Below the pieces are notes generated by a model. It worked only from the letters and a program-made list of their open reading frames with translations, had not been told where the DNA came from and made no database searches. DNA of 14,728 nt, taken from the NCBI GenBank assembly GCA_046757165.1, contig JBHHXT010000112.1, positions 1 to 14,728 of the forward strand, written 5' to 3'. Position numbers and translations under genes: made by a program. Shown in pieces: positions 14,333 to 14,728 of the stretch (the first letter of the stretch is position 1; every line of letters starts with the position of its first letter). This stretch comes from a bacterium. Lineage in GTDB: Bacteria; Zhuqueibacterota; Zhuqueibacteria; Oceanimicrobiales; Oceanimicrobiaceae.

Positions 14333-14728
14333 ATGAAGTTTCTCTGTGTAAGCTGTGACGAACAAATGAAAATCAAAGAGACCCGTGGCCCGGATGAAGG
14401 GTCGGTGACCCTGATTTTCCAGTGTCCGGGCTGTGGCTGGGAAGTCGGCATGCTGACCAATGCGTATGAGACGCAAATTGTGCAGTCCCTGAACGTGAGG
14501 ATCGGCCCGCAAGCAAACGAGTCGACCACGTCTCGCTGTCCGGTCGGCCAGGCCAGGTCTTCATCTTCCATCCACTGGACGCCTGAGGCGACAGAACGGT
14601 TGCATCGCGTTCCCACGTTTGTGCGAGAGATGGCCCGAATGGGCGTCGAAGAATTTGCCAGTGCGCATGGCTACGACGTAATCACGGAGGAAGTGATGAC
14701 GGCCGCGCGGGCGGAGCGTGGCATGTGA
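14333..14728 (+). CDS. Small Zn-ribbon-like (CxxC...CxxC) protein with C-terminal PCP_red-like domain
   Basis: AAGGAGG RBS. MKFLCVSCD...FQCPGCG. WTPEATERLHRVPTFVREMARMGVEEFA...GYDVITEEVM resembles the BchB/ChlB C-terminal domain. The stop is at the last base of the window. Confidence 0.85.
   Translation: MKFLCVSCDEQMKIKETRGPDEGSVTLIFQCPGCGWEVGMLTNAYETQIVQSLNVRIGPQANESTTSRCPVGQARSSSSIHWTPEATERLHRVPTFVREMARMGVEEFASAHGYDVITEEVMTAARAERGM

Overview
A bacterial, probably diderm, window of 14 co-oriented + strand genes. The first 9 genes (1-9943) form a respiratory electron-transfer cluster: a 5'-truncated multi-cupredoxin, a diheme cytochrome c, a lipoprotein cytochrome c, a cytochrome c/outer-membrane beta-barrel fusion with a Cyc2-like N-terminus, a non-canonical CydA-like (cytochrome bd-like) membrane protein with no cydB, two membrane-anchored cytochromes c, a diheme cytochrome c fused to an EbdC/NxrC-type heme b domain, and a second cupredoxin-type protein. 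Together they carry 9 CxxCH motifs and 3 type-1 Cu sites. Five cytoplasmic accessory genes follow: a PNPOx-like protein, a tandem-USP/PCP_red/rubredoxin fusion, a Cys-rich receiver, an Mrp ATPase and a Zn-ribbon/PCP_red protein. The best candidate for an undescribed system is a surface-to-inner-membrane electron conduit wired to a Nitrospira-type bd-like oxidase. Four intergenic spacers contain inverted arrays of 8-10 bp tandem units. All family assignments come from motif recognition by eye; no searches were run.
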